The notes under the pieces are model-generated. The model saw nothing but the letters and a program-made list of their open reading frames with translations. It made no database searches and had not been told where the DNA came from. Positions 27,346 through 37,600 of a DNA stretch of 64,000 bases are shown piece by piece. The stretch is from IMG/VR virus record IMGVR_UViG_3300025848_000037; one strand, written 5' to 3'. This DNA is from an uncultured virus (IMG/VR IMGVR_UViG_3300025848_000037). Lineage: Duplodnaviria > Heunggongvirae > Uroviricota > Caudoviricetes. The first letter of the stretch is position 1. Each line of letters opens with the position of its first letter. The position numbers were made by a program, and so were the translations under genes.

Positions 27346-28683
27346 TCACCATTCAATAAAAACAACACCAACACCGCCACGCCAAGCCGTCGCACCTGAT
27401 GATCCAAAATTGCCAACAGTAATACTTAACGTGTTCCCCGGAGTGAGGCCGGTAAGCCATTTAATTGCTGCGCCGCCTGAAGCGCCCGCGTTACCTGAAC
27501 CACTTTGCCCCCCCGCCCCCAAAAGCGCTCCAGAAGCCGACGTCTGCGATAGCAATGATCCATATACACCTCCTCGGCTATTAATGTCTCCATTGCTTCC
27601 CAAACCACCAATTGATGCTGCAGTTCCGCTTGCCGGCCCCCCCGCGCCACCGGTTGCAGATATGGTCGTAATAGTTTGAGTTCCAGAAGCAACAGATGAA
27701 GTACCTCCAGAGCCTCCTGCAACTTGAGTGCAACTGCATGGGCCGGTAGCATAAGCAGCCCCACCGCCCCCGCCTACCACCGTCACTTTAAGTTTGGTAA
27801 TTCCTGTGGGGATAGTGAAAGTAGAAGAGCCTGCGGTGGTGTAGACCTGAGCGGTTGGGCCGACATATGCAGAAGAAGAGGTGATGGTTACAGCACCCGT
27901 AGCCCCACTGAGAGAGATGCCAGTACCAGCCGTCAGGCTGGTCACGCCAGAGTTGGTGAATGTCACTGCGCCAGTAGCGCCGCTAACACTAATGCCCGTC
28001 CCGGCAACAGCGCTTGTCACGCCAGAGTTGGTCACGGTAACCGCGCCGGTAGAAGCGCTGACGCTTATCCCCGTGCCAGCCGTTAGGCTTGTCACGCCCG
28101 TAGCAGCTGCAGCAACAAACGCCGTTGTGGCTACAGTGGTGTTATTGGTTCCAGGAGCCTGCGTTGTTGCAGTGGTGGTCGATGCAATAGTTCCAGTTAG
28201 CGTGCCAGCTACGTTTCCAGTCACGTTGCCCGTAACATCCCCAACTACCGTGCCGATCACATGGCTGTTTTGCACCAAAAAGTCGGTGCCATTGGACCAA
28301 ACCGTCATGGTCTTGCCCGCAGGAATAGCTACCCCAGCGCCAGCAGCCGTCGTATTCCCAGCCACTGTTGAGTTGTAAATCGTGGCTGTGTACGAGGTAC
28401 TGTTTTGAATAACGTACGTTTTTGAATTTGGCGGAGCATAAACAGCAAATGGCGCAGCTGTTGTCGTCGTAAATTTCAAAGACGCGTTTCTTGCTTGATT
28501 TGAAGTCAGCGCCGTATATGTTAAGGCCTGGTTAGCTGACGTAACACTAATCGTTGAAAGCCCAGCAACTGCCGAATCCACCAGCGACGTAATGCTGTTG
28601 TTGACGGTATCACCCCAGGTGCCGTCCAACTCGCCCGTTACTGGCAGTGCTAGGCCAAGAAGTGGTGTTGAAGAGGTTGGCAT
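27346..28683 (-). CDS. Tail fibre protein (Gly-rich C-terminal domain)
   Basis: GVTSLTAGTGISVS repeats; FTIPTGITKLKVTVVGGGGG; ends VVFIEW. Confidence 0.75.
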   Translation of the reverse strand: MPTSSTPLLGLALPVTGELDGTWGDTVNNSITSLVDSAVAGLSTISVTSANQALTYTALTSNQARNASLKFTTTTAAPFAVYAPPNSKTYVIQNSTSYTATIYNSTVAGNTTAAGAGVAIPAGKTMTVWSNGTDFLVQNSHVIGTVVGDVTGNVTGNVAGTLTGTIASTTTATTQAPGTNNTTVATTAFVAAAATGVTSLTAGTGISVSASTGAVTVTNSGVTSAVAGTGISVSGATGAVTFTNSGVTSLTAGTGISLSGATGAVTITSSSAYVGPTAQVYTTAGSSTFTIPTGITKLKVTVVGGGGGAAYATGPCSCTQVAGGSGGTSSVASGTQTITTISATGGAGGPASGTAASIGGLGSNGDINSRGGVYGSLLSQTSASGALLGAGGQSGSGNAGASGGAAIKWLTGLTPGNTLSITVGNFGSSGATAWRGGVGVVFIEW

Positions 28684-28694
28684 TGGATTTCCTT

Positions 28695-29294
28695 TTAAGC
28701 CATCAGCGTATTTAACGCTAGTTGAGTATGGTGGATACGGTCGTCTAGCCCTATTGTCCCACCGTTAATCTTTTTAGTCAGCCCCACCCAGTTACTGGCC
28801 GCGGCCAACGCATTGCAGTTATGGGTTGACCAGAACCAGCCCGCCGTCAGAGCTGCATACTGGGGCGTGGCAACCAGATCGGGCTCCATCACAAAGTCCA
28901 CCCCCAGAGCCTTGCCGGCGTGGTGGTAGTTGGTATGCCCTGTAAGCTGGATACAACCCCGCCCACGGAACCGATAGCCATCCCCGGACGCCTCGTCCCG
29001 GTTGCCCATCCGGTTAGCATAGACCATGTTGGCAATCTTCTTGGGGTTGCCAGCGTACTGGTTGGCAACCTCCAAAGTGGGGAACCGCCTGGGCCAGAGC
29101 CGCATCAATGTTGCAGCGCGGTAGTTTAGGTTCTCCTCCAGGACTTTGAAGTGCCCGCATTCGTGGCCGCACTGCCCGATAAACGCACCCTGCTGCTCTG
29201 GCGTGGCGATACCAAACCGATCAAAGGTGCTGTTGAGCGCGTCAACCCATTGGGGGCCGATCCCCAGCTTTTTGAGTTGTTCAGCGTTGACCAT
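28695..29294 (-). CDS. Endolysin, glycoside hydrolase family 19
   Basis: FIGQCGHECG..LEENLNY, FRGRGCIQLTG, INGGTIGLDDR. Confidence 0.9.
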   Translation of the reverse strand: MVNAEQLKKLGIGPQWVDALNSTFDRFGIATPEQQGAFIGQCGHECGHFKVLEENLNYRAATLMRLWPRRFPTLEVANQYAGNPKKIANMVYANRMGNRDEASGDGYRFRGRGCIQLTGHTNYHHAGKALGVDFVMEPDLVATPQYAALTAGWFWSTHNCNALAAASNWVGLTKKINGGTIGLDDRIHHTQLALNTLMA

Positions 29295-29382
29295 GGCTTA
29301 AGCTCCTATAATGGCGCAACGGCCCGGTGCTACCAACACCGAGCCGCCACTTCTCAGACCATTGCAAAAGGGGAGCAACAGC

Positions 29383-29862
29383 ATGAGCGAGATTGATTTT
29401 AGCGGACTGGAGTACCAGCGTGCCACGGGTTTGTTTTTTCGCGCCAAACGACCGGGCCAAGCCATCACTACAACAAGTAAGGATGGATACATCGTCATCC
29501 GGGTTAGCAGGAAACTTCACTATGCGCATCGGCTTGCTTGGCAAATTGTCTATGGAGTAAAGCCGGATGGAGTCATTGACCACATTAACGGCACTAAAAC
29601 GGACAACCGAATTGAAAACTTGCGTCTTGTTGACCATCGCATCAACAGCCACAATAAAAAATTCGCGAACTGCCAAAATAAATCGTGTGGCTTGCTGGGC
29701 GTAACCAAACCGAAGCAAACCAAAAAGTGGTGTGCGGCCATCACCGTAGATCGTCGGCGCATCCATCTTGGGTACTTCAACACCGCAGAAGAAGCCCATG
29801 CCGCGTATGTTGCAGCCAAGGCGGTTCATCACCCTAGCGCCCCCCATTTATTTGTTTTCTGA
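29383..29862 (+). CDS. HNH homing endonuclease with AP2 domain
   Basis: YAHRLAW...IDHING.KTDNRIENL; WCAAITV..RIHLGYFNTAEEAHAAY. Confidence 0.9.
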   Translation: MSEIDFSGLEYQRATGLFFRAKRPGQAITTTSKDGYIVIRVSRKLHYAHRLAWQIVYGVKPDGVIDHINGTKTDNRIENLRLVDHRINSHNKKFANCQNKSCGLLGVTKPKQTKKWCAAITVDRRRIHLGYFNTAEEAHAAYVAAKAVHHPSAPHLFVF

Positions 29863-30310
29863 CGGCTTCGTAGGCGTCGATGCAGGCGTTTGCTTTGGCG
29901 GCTGCGCGGTCGCCGTCGGCTGCGATGGCGATAAGAGCTTCGATAGTCTGTCGCTCAATGTCACTGGCTCTTTCTCCGCTATCTCCGCTGGGAGCGGGGG
30001 CATCTGGGGCGGCTGGTAGGGTGGGACAGGCTTGCGTAGGGAGCCGCAGCCGACCAGCAGCATTGGCAGCAGACAGAGCACCAGTCTTTTGAGCAATTTC
30101 ATTGTTGGCCTTTTTGAGTTGTTCAGCTTGTTTGTTCAACTTCTCGTTCATGAACTTTTCGACGTTGCGGGCCGTTTCGTTGGCGGCTGCAATTTCCAGC
30201 TTTACTTCGTCATCCCGGGACGTCCATCCGACATGGTGCCCGTAGGTAAACACGGCGGCCAACGCCGAAATCAGTCCAACAATAACCCACGGGTTAAACA
30301 GCATCATCAT
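29834..30310 (-). CDS. i-spanin (Rz-like)
   Basis: N-terminal TM, coiled coil, GRLRL, C-terminal ACIDAY; nested lipoprotein gene. Confidence 0.8.
   Translation of the reverse strand: MMMLFNPWVIVGLISALAAVFTYGHHVGWTSRDDEVKLEIAAANETARNVEKFMNEKLNKQAEQLKKANNEIAQKTGALSAANAAGRLRLPTQACPTLPAAPDAPAPSGDSGERASDIERQTIEALIAIAADGDRAAAKANACIDAYEAVRKQINGGR
29848..30102 (-). CDS. o-spanin (Rz1-like lipoprotein) nested in i-spanin
   Basis: Lipobox LLVGC, Pro-rich, alternative frame. Confidence 0.8.
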   Translation of the reverse strand: MKLLKRLVLCLLPMLLVGCGSLRKPVPPYQPPQMPPLPAEIAEKEPVTLSDRLSKLLSPSQPTATAQPPKQTPASTPTKPSENK

Positions 30311-30792
30311 GCCGCTCCTTTTGCTGCCGCCCGCTCTTGGGCAATCTCCTCAGCTTCTGGCGGGATGTAGTCCGGCGCCGTCGTAGGCGGTGGGGGCGGC
30401 ACCCAGGTTTCGTCTAGCTGCGGGTTAACAAACCCCATCCAGTTGAAGTTAGGCAGGGGGTCGATGGGGGCAGTCGGAGCAGGGCCGGATGCGGTCGGTG
30501 CCGGGGGCTTTGGGGGTTCTGGGGAGACTGCGTTAGCAACCGCCCTGGCCGCTCGCTTGGTCATCACGCCACCGATGCCGCCCACAATGAGCAGCACGAT
30601 ATCGTTAAGCATCTTCGTGTACGCCTGGTCGATAGGCGCCATGGCCTTGATCGGCTGAGTCACGAACGTCACGCTGTAGAGCAGCATGATGACGATGAAG
30701 CCAAGAATTAGCGTGACTGTGACGACAACAAAAGCCCAGATGCGGACTTCAATTTCGTCACCGCTTAGGCGCGGAGGCTGGTTGTTCGGCAT
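30307..30792 (-). CDS. Two-TM membrane protein, holin candidate
   Basis: Two hydrophobic helices, Pro-rich tail, lysis cassette position. Confidence 0.55.
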   Translation of the reverse strand: MPNNQPPRLSGDEIEVRIWAFVVVTVTLILGFIVIMLLYSVTFVTQPIKAMAPIDQAYTKMLNDIVLLIVGGIGGVMTKRAARAVANAVSPEPPKPPAPTASGPAPTAPIDPLPNFNWMGFVNPQLDETWVPPPPPTTAPDYIPPEAEEIAQERAAAKGAA

Positions 30793-30967
30793 TTATTTGT
30801 TTCTCCAACACAGGGGCAACCATGTACTCGGGGCACATTTGGGTGAACAGGCACTTGGGTTTCTGGCACTCAAGTTTCTGGAAGTTATCCGGGTTTTGGC
30901 ACGGGTAACGGTACTGATCTTCGCATCCAGCGAGGAGCAGCATGACAGCAAGGAGCGTGTACTTCAT
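30758..30967 (-). CDS. Small Cys-rich lipoprotein
   Basis: Lipobox LLAGC; YPCQNP..ECQKPKC....CPE. Confidence 0.7.
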   Translation of the reverse strand: MKYTLLAVMLLLAGCEDQYRYPCQNPDNFQKLECQKPKCLFTQMCPEYMVAPVLEKQINAEQPASAPKR

Positions 30968-31137
30968 ATGCCTAGCTTTTGAAAGATCATGGCAAAAATC
31001 CTGTTCGCGATGTCCGGTGGCAGGGTGATGATGAAGTCAAAAGCGTAATTGATAAATATGAGGTAGCAGATGACTTTGATCCACTTCTCCATTGCGTCGA
31101 TAAGGACCAAGTGAATGTCAACGGGTTTGCGTGGCAT
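30964..31137 (-). CDS. Small membrane protein (57 aa, not in ORF track)
   Basis: Hand translation MPRKPVDIHL...KLGI; fills the gap; ATGA overlap with lipoprotein gene. Confidence 0.6.
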   Translation of the reverse strand: MPRKPVDIHLVLIDAMEKWIKVICYLIFINYAFDFIITLPPDIANRIFAMIFQKLGI

Positions 31138-31144
31138 GTCATGG

Positions 31145-31615
31145 TTAGAACATTATCTTGATCATTAACCAACCCAACCCACCCAGCAAGATTGCGGAAA
31201 TAACAACCGCAAGCCCAAGCTCCTTCATGTCCTGCATCTCGCGCTTACGCTTGATCTCGGCAATCTTCTCCCTCTCCGCTTCCGCCTTGTCCTCGGCATT
31301 TAACTCGGCTTCCCTTTTTTTAATTTGGTGCCAGATGTCCATGTTGTTGCTGGAGAAGAATAGCCCCTGCACTTCCCGTTCGAAGTCCGCCTGCGCTTTG
31401 AGCGCCATCTCAATTTGCATCGCGGCCCCTAAATTGGAGCCGCCTTTCTTCTTTGCTTGCCTGGCCGCTTTTGTTGCTGTGGCCTTGGCATCAAAATAAT
31501 TTCCCAATAGCGGACCCAGCTGCGCAACATCATTGGCAGTTTTGCTGGCCATCTTCACCATCTTCACCGCTTTGTTAACGGCTTCGAGGGCGGCTATTGG
31601 ATCAATCATTATCAT
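31145..31615 (-). CDS. Hypothetical protein with C-terminal TM
   Basis: MIDPIAAL..., helical, hydrophobic C-terminus. Confidence 0.7.
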   Translation of the reverse strand: MIMIDPIAALEAVNKAVKMVKMASKTANDVAQLGPLLGNYFDAKATATKAARQAKKKGGSNLGAAMQIEMALKAQADFEREVQGLFFSSNNMDIWHQIKKREAELNAEDKAEAEREKIAEIKRKREMQDMKELGLAVVISAILLGGLGWLMIKIMF

Positions 31616-31637
31616 GATCTACGTATTTGACAACTAA

Positions 31638-34600
31638 CTAATTTAATGTCGGGATATTTACCCAGTCCGGGTCTTCGTCGTCGTCAATGTTGTTCCATGT
31701 CCCGGATTGAGCGTTGCCCGTGTTCCCCCACCCGGCGGTCTGGCTGGCGTTTACAGCGTTCCAGCCATCAGGCTGCTCATTTACCACATTTTGCCAGTTA
31801 ACGCTCTGGGAGTCATCTACGGCGTTCCAAGTTCCAGTTTGGGAGGTCTGCGCGTCTTGCCAGCCCGGGGCCTGAGCAGAGTCTGCGTTACCCCATGAGG
31901 TAGCCTGCGCACTATCAACTTCCCCCCAGCCCGCAGTCTGGCTGGCATTTATGGCGCTCCAAGTAACAGACTGTGCGTCCAGCACGTTCTGCCAGCTTTC
32001 CGGCTGGGAGTCGTCAATCAGGTTCCACAGGAACGCCCCGATCACGCTGTCGGACAGTGTGGCGCTCTCGGGGATAGTGACGTTGTAGATGCTGCCCGGG
32101 GCGTTTAAATTGTCTAGGGCTGTGGCAGAGGCAACCGCGATGGCGTTGAAGATGGACGGAGCAACCAGCACTGAGTCTGCGGCTGCGGAGGTCTCGAAAA
32201 TGCTGGCGGCAAACGCTTGAAGAGCGCTCGCTGCGTCCGTGATCGTGGCCGTCTCCGTGATTGTTGCCAACGGGATGAACGCCGCGCTGTTGGTCTCGGT
32301 GCCGGTGGCGGTCTCGGCCAGAGAAGCCGGGAAGATGGCCTGCGCGGTGATTGCGTCCTGCGCCTGTGCAAGCTCCTGCATCAGGATGTTGTAGGTCGAG
32401 CCAGGGGCGTTTACAGCATCTTGAACCGTGGCAGCCTCTTGGAGCAGCCCGATAAACACCGCCCGGGCGGACAGGCTGTCTGTGACCGTGGCCGTCTCAG
32501 CAACCGCCGCAGCCAACGCACGCAAGGCACTGACCTGATCCGTACCCGTGGCAAGCTCGCTGACCTGAGCGGCAGCGGTGAAGAACGCCCGGACAATCTC
32601 AACGACTGATGAGTACTCGGCAATATCTGATTTAAACGTGGCCCGAGCGGTGATGGCCTCGGTGCCGGTTGCGGTCTCGGAGATGATCCCTGCGGCAGAC
32701 AGTCTGGCTGCGTCTGTATCAGAGCCGGTGGCCGTCTCTGCGATGAATGGGTTGGTGATGTACCGGGCGGCAACAGTCTCAGTACCCGTGGCGGACTCTG
32801 CAATAACGCCTATGAAGCGCAGGCCACCAACGATGATGTCCGACCCGGAGGCAGACTCAAAGATGCTGGGCAGGGCGATGTACCGGGCAGCCACTGCGTC
32901 AGTGATGGACGCAGACTCCACGATGCTGGGATTGGCGATATAGCGCGGGCTGACGGTCTCAGTACCGGTAGCAGACTCGGCAACGCTGGGGTTGGTGCTG
33001 TAGAGGGTAGAGACAGTTTCAGTACCGGTAGCGGACTCAGCAATGCTGGGCCGGGTGATGTACTGGGCGGAGTCAGTATCCGTCCCGGTTGCGGTCTCGG
33101 AAATCGTCGTGGGGAAACTGATGAATCCGACGTTGGCGTCGGTGATGGCGGCAGTCTCGGAGACGCTGGGCAGGGTGGTGTACTTGGCAGAGAAGGTGTC
33201 CGTGCCAGTAGCGCTCTCAAGGATGGCAACGAAGTACCCTTTAATTGCGGAGATCAGGTCTGTGATCGTGCCGGACTCAGCAACCGCAGCAAGGAAAATC
33301 GCCCGGGCAGAAACAGCATCCGTACCCGTGGCAGTCTCAGAGATCGCAGGATTAACAGTCAGGCTGGCAGCGTCGGTATCGGAGCCAGAGGCTGTTTCAC
33401 TGATGACCGTAGGGAAGCTGATGCGTCCAACATTCGCGTCGGTGATTGTGGCGGTCTCTGCCAGCGTAGCGCGGGCGATCAGCCGGGCAAGGTTAGTGTC
33501 GGCAATGGTTGCGGACTCAAGGATCGCAGTACCAAACGCAGACCGTGCGGAGATGGTGTCGGTGCCTGTACCAGACTCAGCCAGCGATGCCCGGAAGATA
33601 GCCCGAGCCAGAACAGCGTCAGAGCCAGTGGCAAGCTCTTCAATAGTGCCAAGGTAGGTGATCCCACCAAGAGCAGCGCTGATGGAGTCCGTGCCGGTGC
33701 CGGTCTCGGAGATGATGCTGTTGAAGATTGCCCGGGCAAGGATAGAGTCGGAGCCAGTACCCGTCTCAGTAATGGTCGCAGCGTAGACCGTGCCGCCTGC
33801 GGCGACGAAGTACCAGCCTAGAGTTCCGCCGTTGGTGGAGTTGGCCCCTGCGTACCATTCATCAACAAGTGGGTAAGCGCGGACGCTAGAGATGGACAAG
33901 TAATCAACCGTGCTTGCGGCTACTCCTGCGCCGGTGTAAACAAGGTTGGCCTGAGACCCACTAACAGTCAGAACTCTACCCGCCGCGCCCGTGGCAGTCC
34001 AAGGATCGGTTAGCGTTGTGGTAGTGCTGCCAAGCGCGATTGACGTAGCGCCCGTGGCGCTGTACGTGTTGGTGATTGTCTTGAAGGTGTTGTTGCCAGT
34101 GATGGTCAACGCGCCCGCGCCGCCTTGGTTCAGGGTGATGCCGGAGTAGGAGATGCCGCCGCCTGCAAATGTCTTGGCAGCGGCACCCGTTGCATTTACT
34201 GTCGCGGTTCCTGTAACGGTTAAATTTGTAGTAGAAGTTATAGAAACAGGCGAGCCTCCAACCGTCCACGTTCCACTACCAAATGCAAGGGTTCTGGTTG
34301 ATGTTGTTGAAGATACAACTGCGTTATAGCTTGCGGTACTGACAAATGTGACGTTGTAAGTTGCGGCGTCAAAGGTTCCGGAATTTAGTGTAATTTGACC
34401 TGTGACGTTACTATTTATAGACAGCGCATCTTGCAGCGTTACCGACCCGCCGGGTGTACTAATTGCAAAAAGCTGTGTAAATGTCCTCCCCGCGCTAGTA
34501 AGCTGCTGGCTGCCCCGTCCCGCAAATGTCAGCGTCTGCGTACCCGACAGCGTCGTCCCCGTCCCGTTGATCCAGTTGCCATAGATCGTCGGTGTTGTCG

Positions 34601-37600
34601 TGCCCGTTGCCAACGTAACCAGCGCACTGCCGTTACGGTTGCTCATCTCTACCGTGCCAATGTTGTAGTTGGCGTTGACCGTGATGGTGCTGCCGCTGGT
34701 GGGCGTGGCAAACGGGATGTAGGCGGTGTCTTGGGGGAGGGGGAACTGAGTAGCAACTGCGGGGTTCCCAGACACATCCGTCCAAGAACCATTACCTGTT
34801 GCGCCCCAGTTGGCGGAGTTCACCGCCCAGTAGACCGTCTTCGCTGCCGGGAACGTAATGCCGGAGTTGCCCTTCGCATCGCCAAGTCGTGTGCCTGAAA
34901 TCGGGGCCGCTGCGCCAGCGATAGTGATGTCTCGGAAATCAAAATCCGCAGCGCCAGCGGTCAATGTTCCAACTGTCAATGTGCGGGCTGTTCCTAGCGT
35001 ATCAGACGCTAGAAATGCGCGATAAGCCGAGGCGGTACCCGCGTTGAGAGCCAGTGTTGTAATTGTCTGATTTCCACCAAGTGAATAAGGTTTTATGCCG
35101 GGGTTAAATGGATTGTTGATAGTCAGATTATTAAATACATTTGACCCACTAAAACCGCACGATTGGAATGGCGTGCCACCAACCCATGTTAAATTCCAGT
35201 ACGTATTACTACCCAAAACAAATTGGTTTGATCCATTCATAAGAATAGTAGAAGTATTTGCATTAAATATTCTATTATTGCTTATAAATGAAAGATTTCC
35301 TCCCCCCAATGTTACAGTACTAGAGCCAAGCGATATAGTATAAATGTTTGACCCGCTATCACCAAACCCTACAACTCCAAGAGCAAAATTGTTTGTTGAA
35401 AATGTGCCGCATACCATTACAAATTGTACTTGGCTAAGAGCACTGCCAAGCGTCCAAGCCGCAAACGGCCCGTTTACAGTAAAGATGGTTGCACTTGCAA
35501 ATCCAACACCATTGGTTGTAAATGTATAAGTGCTATTGCCCGCTAAAGTCATCGCTCCTGTGTACGTCCGGGTAATGCCTGTTGCAGCAAAGCTCACGTT
35601 GCCGTGGAAGGCAATACCCACAGTACCGGCAAACGTCACGTTGCCTGCGGCAGGGCCAGCCATGGTAAACGATGCGCACCGGGCAATCGTCACACCTGCG
35701 TCAACGGTGGCTGTGTAGGCTGTGGCGTTGGATGCGGAGTTGAAGATAACTGCATCTAGAGATGTCGGGATGGCCGCACCCGAACCACCACCAGAGGATG
35801 TTGACCACCGTGCCGTATCAGACCAGTTGCCCGTGCCGCCTACCCAGTAGAGAGTGCGAGGGGCAGGGGTGGCCGTGAATATAACCCGTGTGTTGCCAGC
35901 GGTGTTGGTGCTGTTTACACCGACATAGAACTCCCCGGGGCTGGTGGTGGAGACTGCGCAGTAGCTGATCGACAGGTAGTCGATGCCGGTGTTAGCAGGG
36001 CCAGCTATGGAAAGTGTGTACGTGGTGGCGGCAGTGGATGGGGCTAGCGTAACTACGTTGCCTGCCGTACCCGTGATGGACCACTTGCCAACCGTCGTTG
36101 TTGTATTAGACGGCATCGTGATGGTGTGCGCTACTGTTTTGGTAGACGCCAACTCGCCAAAAATGCTTGCCCCAGTAAGGGTTAACGTGGATGTGCCCGT
36201 GGCCCCGCCAATCGTTAGCTTGTTGTAATACAGGGCGCCACTAGCAAAAGTCCTTGCCGTCGTAGAGGTGTCCGAAAGAACAATGGTGGATGTACCGGCA
36301 ATCAGAATTGGCGCACCATTGGATAAGTTCCAAACTATCCCTGTGCCTGACAATGTCCATGTGCCAGACCCCATTTTTGTGGTACCGCCAGTTAATGCCA
36401 CAGAATAGGAGCCTGCCGTTACGTTGTATGTAACAGCATCAAACGTGGCTCCGCTACCTACGGCTAACTGTCTAGCGGAGTTTAGAGATATTGCGTCAGC
36501 AAGTTGGACGGTAACTGAGGGATGGAGGGCTGTAACGGGACAGCCAAACTGAACACCATTGCTGGTGATGGTTTGAGTGCCATTTTTGCTAAAAACCAAC
36601 GTGCCCGTGGTGCTGGAAGATGTCACCCCCGTACCAAACTTCCAATCTCCGTAGACCACCGGGTTGTTAGTGCTGGTACTCAGCGTCATTGCGCTGGTAC
36701 GGTTTGATGCGTCGAACGTGCCGATGTTCCAGTTTTGGTCGATAGTAATCGTCCCCGTCACACTCCCCGTGTTATCAAACACTGCCGTGTCTTGTGCCAA
36801 CGGAAAGTTGTTGACTGCCGGGGAGCCCCCGGATGATGTGGCCCATCCCGTAGCGCTCCAGTTCTGCGCCCCGGCAAGGTTCCAATACACTGTCTTGGCT
36901 GCGGGAAATGTGATGCCTGTGTTGTTGCCACAGTCTCCAGCGCGTGTGGGAGAAGAGCCCGCCGCAGCCCCGGCAAGGTTAATATCTTGAAAATCGCAGT
37001 CTGTGGCAGATAGGCTATTGACTGTTAAAGTGCGCTGACTACCCAATGTATTTGAATATAAAAAAATACGGCGTGTTGGGGTTGCTCCGGCGCAAGTTAA
37101 AGTTCCATTGATTGTTTGATTATTAAAGAAATAAAAGAATCTAATAGCATCTGTTGCTCTTGGGGAAATTGATAAATTATTAAATGTATTTTGATCAGAA
37201 ATATAAGGGACGGTTCCAGAGGCGCCAGTAAATGTTACTGATACATTATAAAATGTAAGTCCGCCCCCCACCATTGTTGGAGCTCCCGTAAGTAGTATTT
37301 GTGACGTTCCGGCATTAAATGTAAAGTTAGTCCCAGTAAAGTTTATGGATGTTCCGTTTGTACTTAGCGTTACAGTACTTGAGCCAAGATTTACCGTTCG
37401 GACGTTGGTGTTATTGGATGAAAATGCCGCAGCAGTTACCGCATAGTTCGCTGTAGTAAAAGTGCCATTGTTAATTGTTATGTTTTGCGCATTAATGCTC
37501 AACGCATCAGCAAGCTGTACCGTTCCACCAAACGTGTTGATAGTGATGGGGCAAGAAAATGTTCTGCCAGCGCTGGTAATAGTCTGGGTGCCACCGCCCT

